A stretch of 32,000 nt of DNA from Pyrobaculum aerophilum str. IM2 (GTDB lineage Archaea; Thermoproteota; Thermoprotei; Thermoproteales; Thermoproteaceae). The position numbers and the translations under genes are program-made. Below, piece after piece: positions 17,017-23,993 of this stretch (positions are counted from its first letter, which is position 1; every line of letters begins with the position of its first letter). The stretch spans positions 1,200,001 through 1,232,000 of the forward strand of contig NC_003364.1 of the NCBI RefSeq assembly GCF_000007225.1, written 5' to 3'. The notes under the pieces were generated by a model. It worked only from the letters and a program-made list of their open reading frames with translations, searched no databases and was not told the DNA's origin.

Positions 17017-17388
17017 CTACACAGCCCTATACGCCGCGTAGATTTTCTCAAAGCCGTAGACGGCTATTTCCAAATTCATTAAAGTCGGCGGCCCCCACGC
17101 GCGGGCCTTAGACTTATTGCCCTCAGATCCCTTCGCCGAGGCGCCGGGGCTCACAGTTTCCGTTAGCGACTGCCCCGGCTCCGAAGCACGCCCCGCCTCA
17201 ACAGCCGGGGGAGACGACGCCGTCGTGGAGGGCTGTTGCTGAGCAGTTGATGAAGCGGAGGCTTGGCTCTGCTCCACATACCCCGTCGCCGGCCCGCGCG
17301 CCTGAGGAGAAGCGCCGACCCACAATGCAAACGCCGCTAAGACGGCGACTAAAACGACCGTTAAGAATAACGCCGGCCTCATGGCCAT
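17017..17388 (-). CDS. signal-anchored protein with a Ser/Thr/Ala/Pro-rich linker
   Basis: 123-aa ORF with an N-terminal TM or signal segment (RPALFLTVVLVAVLAAFALWVGA). A low-complexity linker is followed by a short conserved-looking tail, WGPPTLMNLEIAVYGFEKIYAAYRAV. Confidence 0.55.
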   Translation of the reverse strand: MAMRPALFLTVVLVAVLAAFALWVGASPQARGPATGYVEQSQASASSTAQQQPSTTASSPPAVEAGRASEPGQSLTETVSPGASAKGSEGNKSKARAWGPPTLMNLEIAVYGFEKIYAAYRAV

Positions 17389-17577
17389 ATCAAAATGGAG
17401 TTTAACTTCTATTTTTTCGTTCGACTAAACACGTATTTAAATTCGCAATTTGTCGACACACTTGTTCCAGGCTTGGCAAAGATTTTCATACGAAAAACCT
17501 TTGCATCTCTCAAAAGCGTGAACCACGTCAATAACCGCTGCATAAAAACTTAAAACCCCCCATTCATTATATTACAG

Positions 17578-17665
17578 GCGGGGGTGCCCGAGCCAGGTCA
17601 AAGGGGCAGGGTTCAGGTCCCTGTGGCGTAGGCCTGCGTGGGTTCAAATCCCACCCCCCGCACCA
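17578..17665 (+). tRNA. tRNA-Leu (anticodon CAG), class II, CCA encoded
   Basis: Hand fold: acceptor GCGGGGG/CCCCCGC, D arm CCC-GAGCCAGGTCAAA-GGG, anticodon arm CAGGG-TTCAGGT-CCCTG, a 14-nt variable arm, T arm GTGGG-TTCAAAT-CCCAC, discriminator A and CCA. Confidence 0.9.
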
Positions 17666-17742
17666 CCTTTTCACCGCTTTAATTATTGGGGATAGCCCCA
17701 GCCAGCTACAAGCTCACTCTCCCTTCACTTCGGCATACCACT

Positions 17743-18651
17743 TCAGTAGCTCCCACCCTCTTGTGTCTTGCCAGGGGAATAAATGCCTAGTGGTAATTCT
17801 ATACCCCTCTTTCCCTTTGTCGAATTATCGCCCGTTAGGGCGGTCAGCACCAGGGCCCTCTCGCCGTCTAGCCACACGCCAGCGACGACTCTACTCCCCC
17901 CCCCCCCCACAACGCCCCAAATGAAGGAGAAGGACTTCACCTCCCCGCCTACTTCTTACTCTACCGTAATTCTCGGCCGCCTGCCCTCCCGTTTCGCTTT
18001 TACCTCTCTAATTACCATCCCCCGCTCCCCGTCCTCCGCGGCCAGGCACCTGGTGTCGACGGTCTCCGCCTCCATAGCCGTCTTTAGGTACTCCTCCAGG
18101 AGGTCGGAAAAGCCCCTCGCCACCTCCTCAATGCGCCTCAACGCCATGTCAGCCCAGATAACGCCCAGCCTGCTGAGCTCCACAAGGCGCCACAGCCCGG
18201 CCGGCAACTTTAGGCGTATATACCCCTTCTCGCCGTCCTCTTGCCTCTTCGCAGTGAAGTGCACTCCCTCCTCAAAGCCAGCGCCTCTAAGCGCCTTTAG
18301 GGCGGCGTCAAAGGCATTTGCAGACCTCGGCCGGAACGCAATAACCAGCGACTTAGATTTTCCAATAAGTACTTTCATGACGTTTAGCTCCATGTCGGCT
18401 ATTTCAGGGCTGGCGCCGGTTGCTTTCAGCAAACTTTCCCTCTGCCCCTCGCTTATTGCGCCCCTTTACTCCTCCACGAGTGCCCCGACCGCTTCCAGCC
18501 ACTCGTTACGGCTAATAGCGGCAATGGAGTAGGTGCGCTTCGTTCTCTGCCAAGCCTCCGCCAGCAAGAGATCTCCACACACGGGAGAGAATATCTCTTC
18601 GGCGCACTCCGCGCCGAAGTGCGCGATGTCCGCTATACCGAGATCTTCTTA
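17743..18651 (-). pseudogene. decayed gene, from memory PaREP2-like (Pyrobaculum repeat protein family), broken by in-frame TAA codons
   Basis: One reverse frame holds segments of 60, 169 and 70 codons, separated only by TAA at 18466-18468 and 17956-17958 and preceded by TAA at 18649-18651. The segments include HFTAKRQEDGEKGYIRLKLPAGLWRLVELSRLG, EAETVDTRCLAAEDGERG, RPRITVE and EVGGEVKSFSFIWGV. A G13 run (17896-17908) encodes GGGG. The opposite-strand 249-aa ORF is Ser/Pro-rich and judged spurious. Confidence 0.5.
17896..17908. repeat. C13/G13 homopolymer tract
   Basis: 13 consecutive C on the plus strand, inside the decayed gene. Confidence 0.95.
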
Positions 18652-18973
18652 TTGCCTTATCAGTTTTACGCCGCCGTCTACGGCGTTTAGAAAGCGGCTA
18701 CTTCTGAAACGGAGAAGAGGTGGGCACCTTTGTGAGACATTGCGCTGTGTGAAGAGGCTAGGCGGGTGGGGGAAGGTGAGCAACAGAGGGCAGGGCTCAG
18801 GGGCTCGGCCGTGCGACAACCCGGCAGGCGCCGCGCTATAGGGCAGGTTGCACAGCACGCTCTCAAAGCCCTTTTGGCTCGGCGCAGGCGCTCTTAGTAG
18901 GGGTTTCAGCTTTTACGCAATAGACGTGGCGAGGGGAGTTAAAACTTTTAAAGCCGCTTGTATGTTGTTAGTA

Positions 18974-19067
18974 GCCGCCGTAGCTCAGCCTGGAAGAGCG
19001 CTCTGGGGCTAGGCCCCGCGTAGGGCTCATAACCGGGTTGCCCCGGGTTCAAATCCCGGCGGCGGCA
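18974..19067 (+). tRNA. tRNA with CAT anticodon (elongator Met or Ile2) carrying a 20-nt intron at a non-canonical site (about 29/30)
   Basis: Acceptor GCCGCCG/CGGCGGC, D arm GCTC-AGCCTGGAA-GAGC, T arm CCGGG-TTCAAAT-CCCGG, discriminator A, no encoded CCA. The anticodon arm CTCGG-CTCATAA-CCGGG forms only after removing 19004-19023 (TGGGGCTAGGCCCCGCGTAG), which gives a 74-nt mature tRNA. Confidence 0.8.
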
Positions 19068-19075
19068 TTTTTATA

Positions 19076-19128
19076 GTGATGAAGGCGTCGGGACACTATA
19101 GAGGGGTGATAGCCACCTGGAGGGCTGA
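19076..19128 (+). ncRNA. candidate C/D-box sRNA immediately 3' of the tRNA(CAT) gene
   Basis: Hand parse: C GTGATGA | 12 nt AGGCGTCGGGAC | D' ACTA (weak) | TAGAGGG | C' GTGATAG | 12 nt CCACCTGGAGGG | D CTGA. It starts 9 nt after the tRNA discriminator base. The ORF-track 69-aa ORF starting at 19076 simply begins on the C box. Confidence 0.6.
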
Positions 19129-19140
19129 GGGGCGTAGCCA

Positions 19141-19722
19141 TTATTTACACTCGGCGTCTAATAGCGGCGTCAGTGGCGCCTCCGCTATCCCCTCGTCTAT
19201 TGCCCAAATGGCCGTGTGCAACGCCGCGCGGGAAATCGGCCCCAAGGGCAACGGCGTGTTGATAAGTTGCGGGTCGTGCGCGTAGTCCGCCTGGGGGCAC
19301 TCGCCGCCGTATTTCGACGCTATTAGAGTTAGATCTGGGGCGTATTCCTTTGCCCTCCTCGCGAGGGCCTTGGCGAGGGGCTTGTCGGCGCATGGTATTA
19401 TCAAGGCGTCGGCGGAGGTGGTATACGCCAGCACTCTGTCGGCTAGGTGGTTGTAAAACGCCTCTTCTAGCAACCAGTCTATATCCTCGCCGTCTTGCGC
19501 CCATTTGCACAGCCCGCCGCACGCCGTTTCTATTATCCTCGCCGCCTTGGGATCGCCGTGGCGGAACTGGGCTATCCCCGCATCGGCCAGCCTCTTTGCT
19601 ACATACAGCGCGACATATTGTATATAATGTAGGGCTGGGGTCGTGTAGAGCAACGCAGTGGGTATTCTGCGGCCTTTGTAGTAAACGGCCAACCCTTCTT
19701 GGTACAGCTGGTAAACTATCAT
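19141..19722 (-). CDS. hypothetical protein (193 aa)
   Basis: Protein-like composition with no motif I recognise. It is divergent from the acyl-CoA dehydrogenase gene, with only about 25 nt between the start codons. Confidence 0.6.
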   Translation of the reverse strand: MIVYQLYQEGLAVYYKGRRIPTALLYTTPALHYIQYVALYVAKRLADAGIAQFRHGDPKAARIIETACGGLCKWAQDGEDIDWLLEEAFYNHLADRVLAYTTSADALIIPCADKPLAKALARRAKEYAPDLTLIASKYGGECPQADYAHDPQLINTPLPLGPISRAALHTAIWAIDEGIAEAPLTPLLDAECK

Positions 19723-19747
19723 TTAAATAATGTTTGTAGTGGGTTTT

Positions 19748-20965
19748 ATGGACTTCGGGCTTTCTAGAGAGGATAAGCTGTTTTTAGAATCTGTTAAGTC
19801 TTTTGCCGAGAGAGTAATTGCGCCCCGTTGGGTGGAGATCGACGAGGGAAAGTGGTCTATTGAGGAGGTTGCGGCGAAGCTGGCTGAGGTTGGGCTGATT
19901 GGCATACCTCTGAGCTCTAAATACGGCGGGCAGGACGGCACGTTTTTACAAGCCGCTCTAGCCGCTGAGGAGTTAGCCTACGCGGATCCCTCTCTGGCTA
20001 CACCTGTCTATATGCTGTTAGAAACGGCGTGGCCGTATATGGTCCAGCTCTACGGCAGAGAGGAGGTTAAGGGCGAGGTGCTGCCGGAGGTGACGGCCGG
20101 CAGGGCTTTTATTGGCATAGGCTCTACTGAGCCCCAGGGGGGTAGCGACGTTGCGTCCTTTCAGACGAAGGCAGTTAAGGAGGGGGACGTGTGGAGGCTA
20201 TACGGCGAGAAGAACATGGTGACGGGCGTGACTACTATTTTAAACCTGCCTTACGGCGGCGGCGTCATTGCCATCACGAGAACTGGCAAGCTTGAGGACA
20301 GGCACAGGGGGATAACTGTTTTTCTCGCCCTTTTGAAGAGGAGGGGGAGGGTGTCGCCGGGCTTTTCGCACAGAGACTGGGAGGAGATCGGCCGCCACGG
20401 CCTTCCCACTGGCTACTTAAGGCTGGAGGGCTTGCCGGTGGAAGAGGCGTTTATGTTGGGCGAGCTGAACGGCGGGTTTAAAATAGCCATGGAGGGCTTC
20501 AACTTGGCGAGGACTATTATCGGCGCGGCCTCTATAGGCGCGGCGCGCTGGCTCATGGACAAGGCGCTGGAGTGGATTAAGCAGAGGGTAGTCTTCGGGA
20601 GGCCCATTGCCTCTTACCAAGCCGTGTCTTTTAAATTCGCTGAGTTGTACGCCAGGCTTGAGTCGGCAAAGCTCGCCGTTTATAAAGCCGCCTGGGTCGC
20701 CGATAGGCACTACAGCGGCGACACGGCCTTTACGCTTCAAGACGTGGCCACGGCTGGCGCCATGGCTAAATACCTAGCCGTAAGTCTCGCGGTGGAAATA
20801 GCTTTGGAAGTAATGAAGTGGTTCGGCGGTGCGTCGTATTTCAAGGAGACGAACGTGGCGAGGTCGCTGTTGGGGGTTTTGTCCTATTACGTAGGCGCCG
20901 AGGGCGCGGAGAATATATTAAAGCTGATTATCGCCAGGAACATCATAGGGAGAGAGTTCGTCTAG
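19748..20965 (+). CDS. acyl-CoA dehydrogenase
   Basis: It has the ACAD N-terminal helices, the mid-domain motif GSTEPQGGSDV and a C-terminal helical domain. The start is placed at ATG 19748 (MDFGLSRED) because TATA-like TTTAAATA lies 19-26 nt upstream. The track start is 19730. Confidence 0.9.
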   Translation: MDFGLSREDKLFLESVKSFAERVIAPRWVEIDEGKWSIEEVAAKLAEVGLIGIPLSSKYGGQDGTFLQAALAAEELAYADPSLATPVYMLLETAWPYMVQLYGREEVKGEVLPEVTAGRAFIGIGSTEPQGGSDVASFQTKAVKEGDVWRLYGEKNMVTGVTTILNLPYGGGVIAITRTGKLEDRHRGITVFLALLKRRGRVSPGFSHRDWEEIGRHGLPTGYLRLEGLPVEEAFMLGELNGGFKIAMEGFNLARTIIGAASIGAARWLMDKALEWIKQRVVFGRPIASYQAVSFKFAELYARLESAKLAVYKAAWVADRHYSGDTAFTLQDVATAGAMAKYLAVSLAVEIALEVMKWFGGASYFKETNVARSLLGVLSYYVGAEGAENILKLIIARNIIGREFV

Positions 20966-21012
20966 CCGTCAGCTGATATTTAAAGGTAATAATATAACAC
21001 ATTTTTATAGAC

Positions 21013-21708
21013 GTGAAGAGAATAGAGGGCATTAGGATGCAACTTGACGCAGTCGGCTACTTAAAATCTGTCAAGGCACTACTCGGCATTACTTATAAAG
21101 AGCTCGCCGCGGTGTTGGGCATCCCCGAGAGCGTGCTTTCCCGCTACGCGACTGGCGACATGTTGCCCTCGGTGGAGACGGCGCGGGAAATGTTGGAAAA
21201 GCTAGAGGCTAGGTACCACATTAGTAGTGTAATTAAGGCGAAGTTCAAAATGTACGACACGTATATCGACATGTCTTTTGTAAATATGCCCGAATTCTGG
21301 CGGCTGTATGAAATATACCTCTCCCGGAGATTCCCCGGCCTAGGGGTAGACGTGGTGCTCACAGCAGCCGCCGACGGAATACCCCTAGCCGTGGCGGCCG
21401 CGTCTAGGTTTGAGGCCTCTCTAGTTGTGGCCAAACAGTACAGAGAGCCTGGCGTGGAGAACTATGAATATACATACTTAAGGGAGGGGAGGCCTGTGAC
21501 TCTGTATGTGCCCGCGGCGCAATTGAAGAAAGGACAGACGGTGTTTATTGTTGACGACATAGCGAGGACTGGGAAGACCCTTAAAGCTCTAATAAACCTC
21601 GCCTCAAAGGCCGGGGCGAGAATAGTAGGCGCCTCTGTATTAGTGGCGCGCAGAGAGGTCAGCATAGAGGCGGATTTTCCGGTAGACGTGCTTTACACAA
21701 TTGAATAA
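21013..21708 (+). CDS. HTH (XRE-type) domain fused to a phosphoribosyltransferase domain; GfcR/PurR-like putative regulator
   Basis: The N-terminal HTH is ITYKELAAVLGIPESVLSRYATGDMLPS. The C-terminal PRPP-binding loop is VFIVDDIARTGKTLKAL. Confidence 0.8.
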   Translation: MKRIEGIRMQLDAVGYLKSVKALLGITYKELAAVLGIPESVLSRYATGDMLPSVETAREMLEKLEARYHISSVIKAKFKMYDTYIDMSFVNMPEFWRLYEIYLSRRFPGLGVDVVLTAAADGIPLAVAAASRFEASLVVAKQYREPGVENYEYTYLREGRPVTLYVPAAQLKKGQTVFIVDDIARTGKTLKALINLASKAGARIVGASVLVARREVSIEADFPVDVLYTIE

Positions 21709-21737
21709 ATATATATACAGGGTAGTAAATCCTCAGT

Positions 21738-22154
21738 ATGATAAGAACTTCAGAGCTTTTAAAAAGGCCCCCCGTCTCCCTGCCTGAGACTGCGACGATA
21801 AGAGAAGTGGCCACCGAGTTGGCTAAAAACAGAGTGGGGCTGGCGGTGCTCACCGCCAGGGATAATCCCAAAAGGCCAGTTGCCGTCGTTTCTGAGAGGG
21901 ACATCCTCAGGGCGGTGGCCCAGAGGCTTGACCTCGACGGGCCGGCAATGCCAATTGCCAATTCGCCTATTACGGTGCTGGACACAGACCCCGTACACGT
22001 AGCGGCGGAGAAAATGAGGCGGCACAATATTAGGCACGTCGTGGTTGTGAATAAAAACGGAGAGCTAGTGGGGGTGTTGTCTATACGAGATCTCTGTTTT
22101 GAAAGAGCCATATTACTGGAGCTGGCAACCGCCGAGGTGCCCGCCACGCCGTGA
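21738..22154 (+). CDS. CBS domain pair protein
   Basis: 138-aa ORF with two CBS repeats (VGLAVL...[11 protein letters not shown] and [22 protein letters not shown]). Its stop overlaps the next gene's start (GTGA at 22151-22154). Confidence 0.85.
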   Translation: MIRTSELLKRPPVSLPETATIREVATELAKNRVGLAVLTARDNPKRPVAVVSERDILRAVAQRLDLDGPAMPIANSPITVLDTDPVHVAAEKMRRHNIRHVVVVNKNGELVGVLSIRDLCFERAILLELATAEVPATP

Positions 22155-22960
22155 TAGTGGAAAAACCCTGTAGAGTAGTTGCAGTAGTCTCCGGAGGCCC
22201 CGACAGCACTTGCTACACGGCGCTGTGGCTGAAGAGAGGGTGCGACGTCCACGCCCTCTCTTTTTTGTACGGCCAGAAGGCAGTAGTGGAGGTGGAGAGG
22301 GCGCAACTCTTATTGCGGAGGCTAGACGGCATAGCGGCAGAGAGGGGGTGGGGGCGCGTAGTGGAGCACAGAGTAGTTGATTTGTCGTCGCTGGGAGAGC
22401 TCTGGCGGGGCACTCAGCTGACAGACCCGTCGGTCTCCGTGGAACAGAGCTACACCCCCACGGTAGTCGTGCCGATTAGAAATGTAGTCATGGCGGCGGT
22501 GGCCACGGCATATGCGTACACCGTGGGGAGAAACGCCGGGGCGAAAACGTACGTAATCCTGGGATCTCACTACGACGACATTAAGCCAAGAGAGGACACG
22601 TGGGAGCCGCTATACCCAGACTGCTCGCCGGAATGCGTAGAGGCCATGCAGACTGCTTTTAGAATTTGCCACTTCAGGGGGGAGAGAGGCGTGGAGATTT
22701 GGACCCCGTCGAGAGAGGGGCTTAGGAAGTCGCAACTATTAAAAATGTGCCACCAAGAGGTTGGCGATTTAATTTACGACACGTGGTCGTGTTATAAATC
22801 GGGAGAGGCGCACTGCGGCTCGTGTGAGAGTTGTAAAAACCGCCACGCGGCGTTTATAGAGGCGGGGTTGCCGGATTGCACTGCTTATTTAACGCCTCCG
22901 GGCCCTGGCTTTGAAAAACGCGGACAGTTTTATTTACACATTAGTTGTAAAAAACAGTGA
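22151..22960 (+). CDS. queC: 7-cyano-7-deazaguanine synthase (QueC-like PP-loop ATPase; archaeosine precursor pathway)
   Basis: PP-loop [11 protein letters not shown] and the C-terminal Zn cluster [21 protein letters not shown] start coupled to the CBS gene. Confidence 0.8.
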   Translation: MIVEKPCRVVAVVSGGPDSTCYTALWLKRGCDVHALSFLYGQKAVVEVERAQLLLRRLDGIAAERGWGRVVEHRVVDLSSLGELWRGTQLTDPSVSVEQSYTPTVVVPIRNVVMAAVATAYAYTVGRNAGAKTYVILGSHYDDIKPREDTWEPLYPDCSPECVEAMQTAFRICHFRGERGVEIWTPSREGLRKSQLLKMCHQEVGDLIYDTWSCYKSGEAHCGSCESCKNRHAAFIEAGLPDCTAYLTPPGPGFEKRGQFYLHISCKKQ

Positions 22961-23005
22961 TGACCTCTTCGCTGCGCGGATTAATGACCAATCCGGCGGA
23001 GCTGA
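22957..23005 (+). ncRNA. candidate C/D-box sRNA starting on the queC stop codon
   Basis: Hand parse (49 nt): C GTGATGA (contains stop TGA 22958-22960) | 12 nt CCTCTTCGCTGC | D' GCGG/CGGA | ATT | C' AATGACC (weak) | 12 nt AATCCGGCGGAG | D CTGA (23002-23005). Confidence 0.45.
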
Positions 23006-23007
23006 CG

Positions 23008-23056
23008 TCAGCCAATCAAGCCTTCGCCATCTATCCGCCGTTCCCACGTTCATCAC
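23008..23056 (-). ncRNA. candidate C/D-box sRNA starting on the C-N hydrolase stop codon
   Basis: Hand parse on the reverse strand (49 nt): C GTGATGA (contains stop TGA 23055-23053) | 12 nt ACGTGGGAACGG | D' CGGA | TAG | C' ATGGCGA | 12 nt AGGCTTGATTGG | D CTGA (23011-23008). Confidence 0.6.
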
Positions 23057-23829
23057 GTACAGAGCCTTTTGTATAGACTAGGCCTCCTTAAATTTAAAGC
23101 CGGCACTGTCCTCCTGGCCTCGTCTACGAGAGAGGGATCTATGGTCACCACGCGGTATTTAGACCCCACGCCGAGATCCGCCTCCACAACGCCGAAGGGG
23201 TTTACTACTAGCGAGCGGCCGGTGAAGCGCTGGCTGTACAACGCCGCAACGGCTATGAATACGCCGTTTTCCACAGCCCTGGCCCTCGCCAAGACGTGCA
23301 GTATCTCTTCTTTTAAAGGCCCTGAGTACCAAGCGGCGGGGACTGCCACTAGCTGGGCCCCTCCCAGCGCGAGTTCTCTGAATACCTCTGGAAATCTCAG
23401 CTCAAAACACACGGCAAAGCCGATTTTAATCTGCCTCACGTCGAAAATCCCCGAGAGCTCCCCGCCAGGCTCTACCGCCTCGGACTCCTTATAGCCATAG
23501 GCGTCGAAGAGGTGAGTCTTGCGATATGTCCCGACGGCTTTGCCCGCGGGGCTTACTAACACGGTGGTGTTGAACACCTTAGGCCGCGGCCCCCTCTCTA
23601 AAAACCCGCCTGCCACATACGCCCCCGTCTCCGCGGCAATTTTAGCTAGACCCTCGACGAAGTCCTCAAGCGCAGTTGTCCGCTCCCACACTTCCTCAGG
23701 CTTTAAACCAGTGGGATCGAAGAGGGAGTACTCGGGGAGTAGTATCAAGTCTGCCTTGCTCCCCGCAACCATTTTCACCACCTCGGAGAGGGGGCCGGGG
23801 GATTTCTGCACCAAGCCCAACCTGAACAT
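23053..23829 (-). CDS. carbon-nitrogen hydrolase (nitrilase superfamily; Nit/omega-amidase-like)
   Basis: 258-aa ORF with the Glu-Lys-Cys triad contexts LILLPEYS, YRKTHLFD and GFAVCFELRFPE. Confidence 0.88.
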   Translation of the reverse strand: MFRLGLVQKSPGPLSEVVKMVAGSKADLILLPEYSLFDPTGLKPEEVWERTTALEDFVEGLAKIAAETGAYVAGGFLERGPRPKVFNTTVLVSPAGKAVGTYRKTHLFDAYGYKESEAVEPGGELSGIFDVRQIKIGFAVCFELRFPEVFRELALGGAQLVAVPAAWYSGPLKEEILHVLARARAVENGVFIAVAALYSQRFTGRSLVVNPFGVVEADLGVGSKYRVVTIDPSLVDEARRTVPALNLRRPSLYKRLCT

Positions 23830-23993
23830 ACACCCTAATTACCACGAGTTAATATTGTTTATCCCAACGCGCGCTCCCGCGGAGGCCTTACACGCTCAGC
23901 ACGCCAGTTGTTGGAAGGCAATCCCAGCTCAGACGCGGCGCTGGGCGGGATAGGCCGTTTTAAACTTTTTTAAAGTCTACTGTTAACTCTAAT

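Noticed and set aside
17409-17543. 44-codon basic ORF on the minus strand in the gap upstream of tRNA-Leu
   Set aside because: It overlaps the likely tRNA promoter region, has no motif and has nothing to support it.
17783-18532. 249-aa plus-strand ORF
   Set aside because: It is Ser/Pro/Thr-rich low complexity, typical of an antisense frame in GC-rich DNA. The opposite strand carries protein-like, family-like sequence.
19004-19023. The CTA triplet inside the tRNA(CAT) intron hairpin raised the idea of an amber suppressor that could read the in-frame TAG at 14311
   Set aside because: The GGGGC-TAG-GCCCC hairpin has a 3-nt loop and cannot be an anticodon arm. The only consistent cloverleaf has CAT as the anticodon.
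17578-19067. Integrated element between the two tRNA genes (att repeats, integrase)
   Set aside because: I found no integrase-like ORF and no direct repeat of either tRNA 3' end. Only a decayed repeat-family gene is present, so an integration event cannot be supported.
21659-22306. 215-aa minus-strand ORF, and similar long antisense ORFs elsewhere (2302..2637, 2944..3324, 3594..3989, 5270..5671, 6050..6397, 12308..12676, 13329..13748, 16550..17011, 19145..19522, 19350..19730, 23069..23494, 23519..23953)
   Set aside because: All lie antisense or out of frame to genes with clear family motifs. Their low-complexity Ser/Arg/Pro/Ala composition is expected from stop-poor frames of GC-rich DNA.
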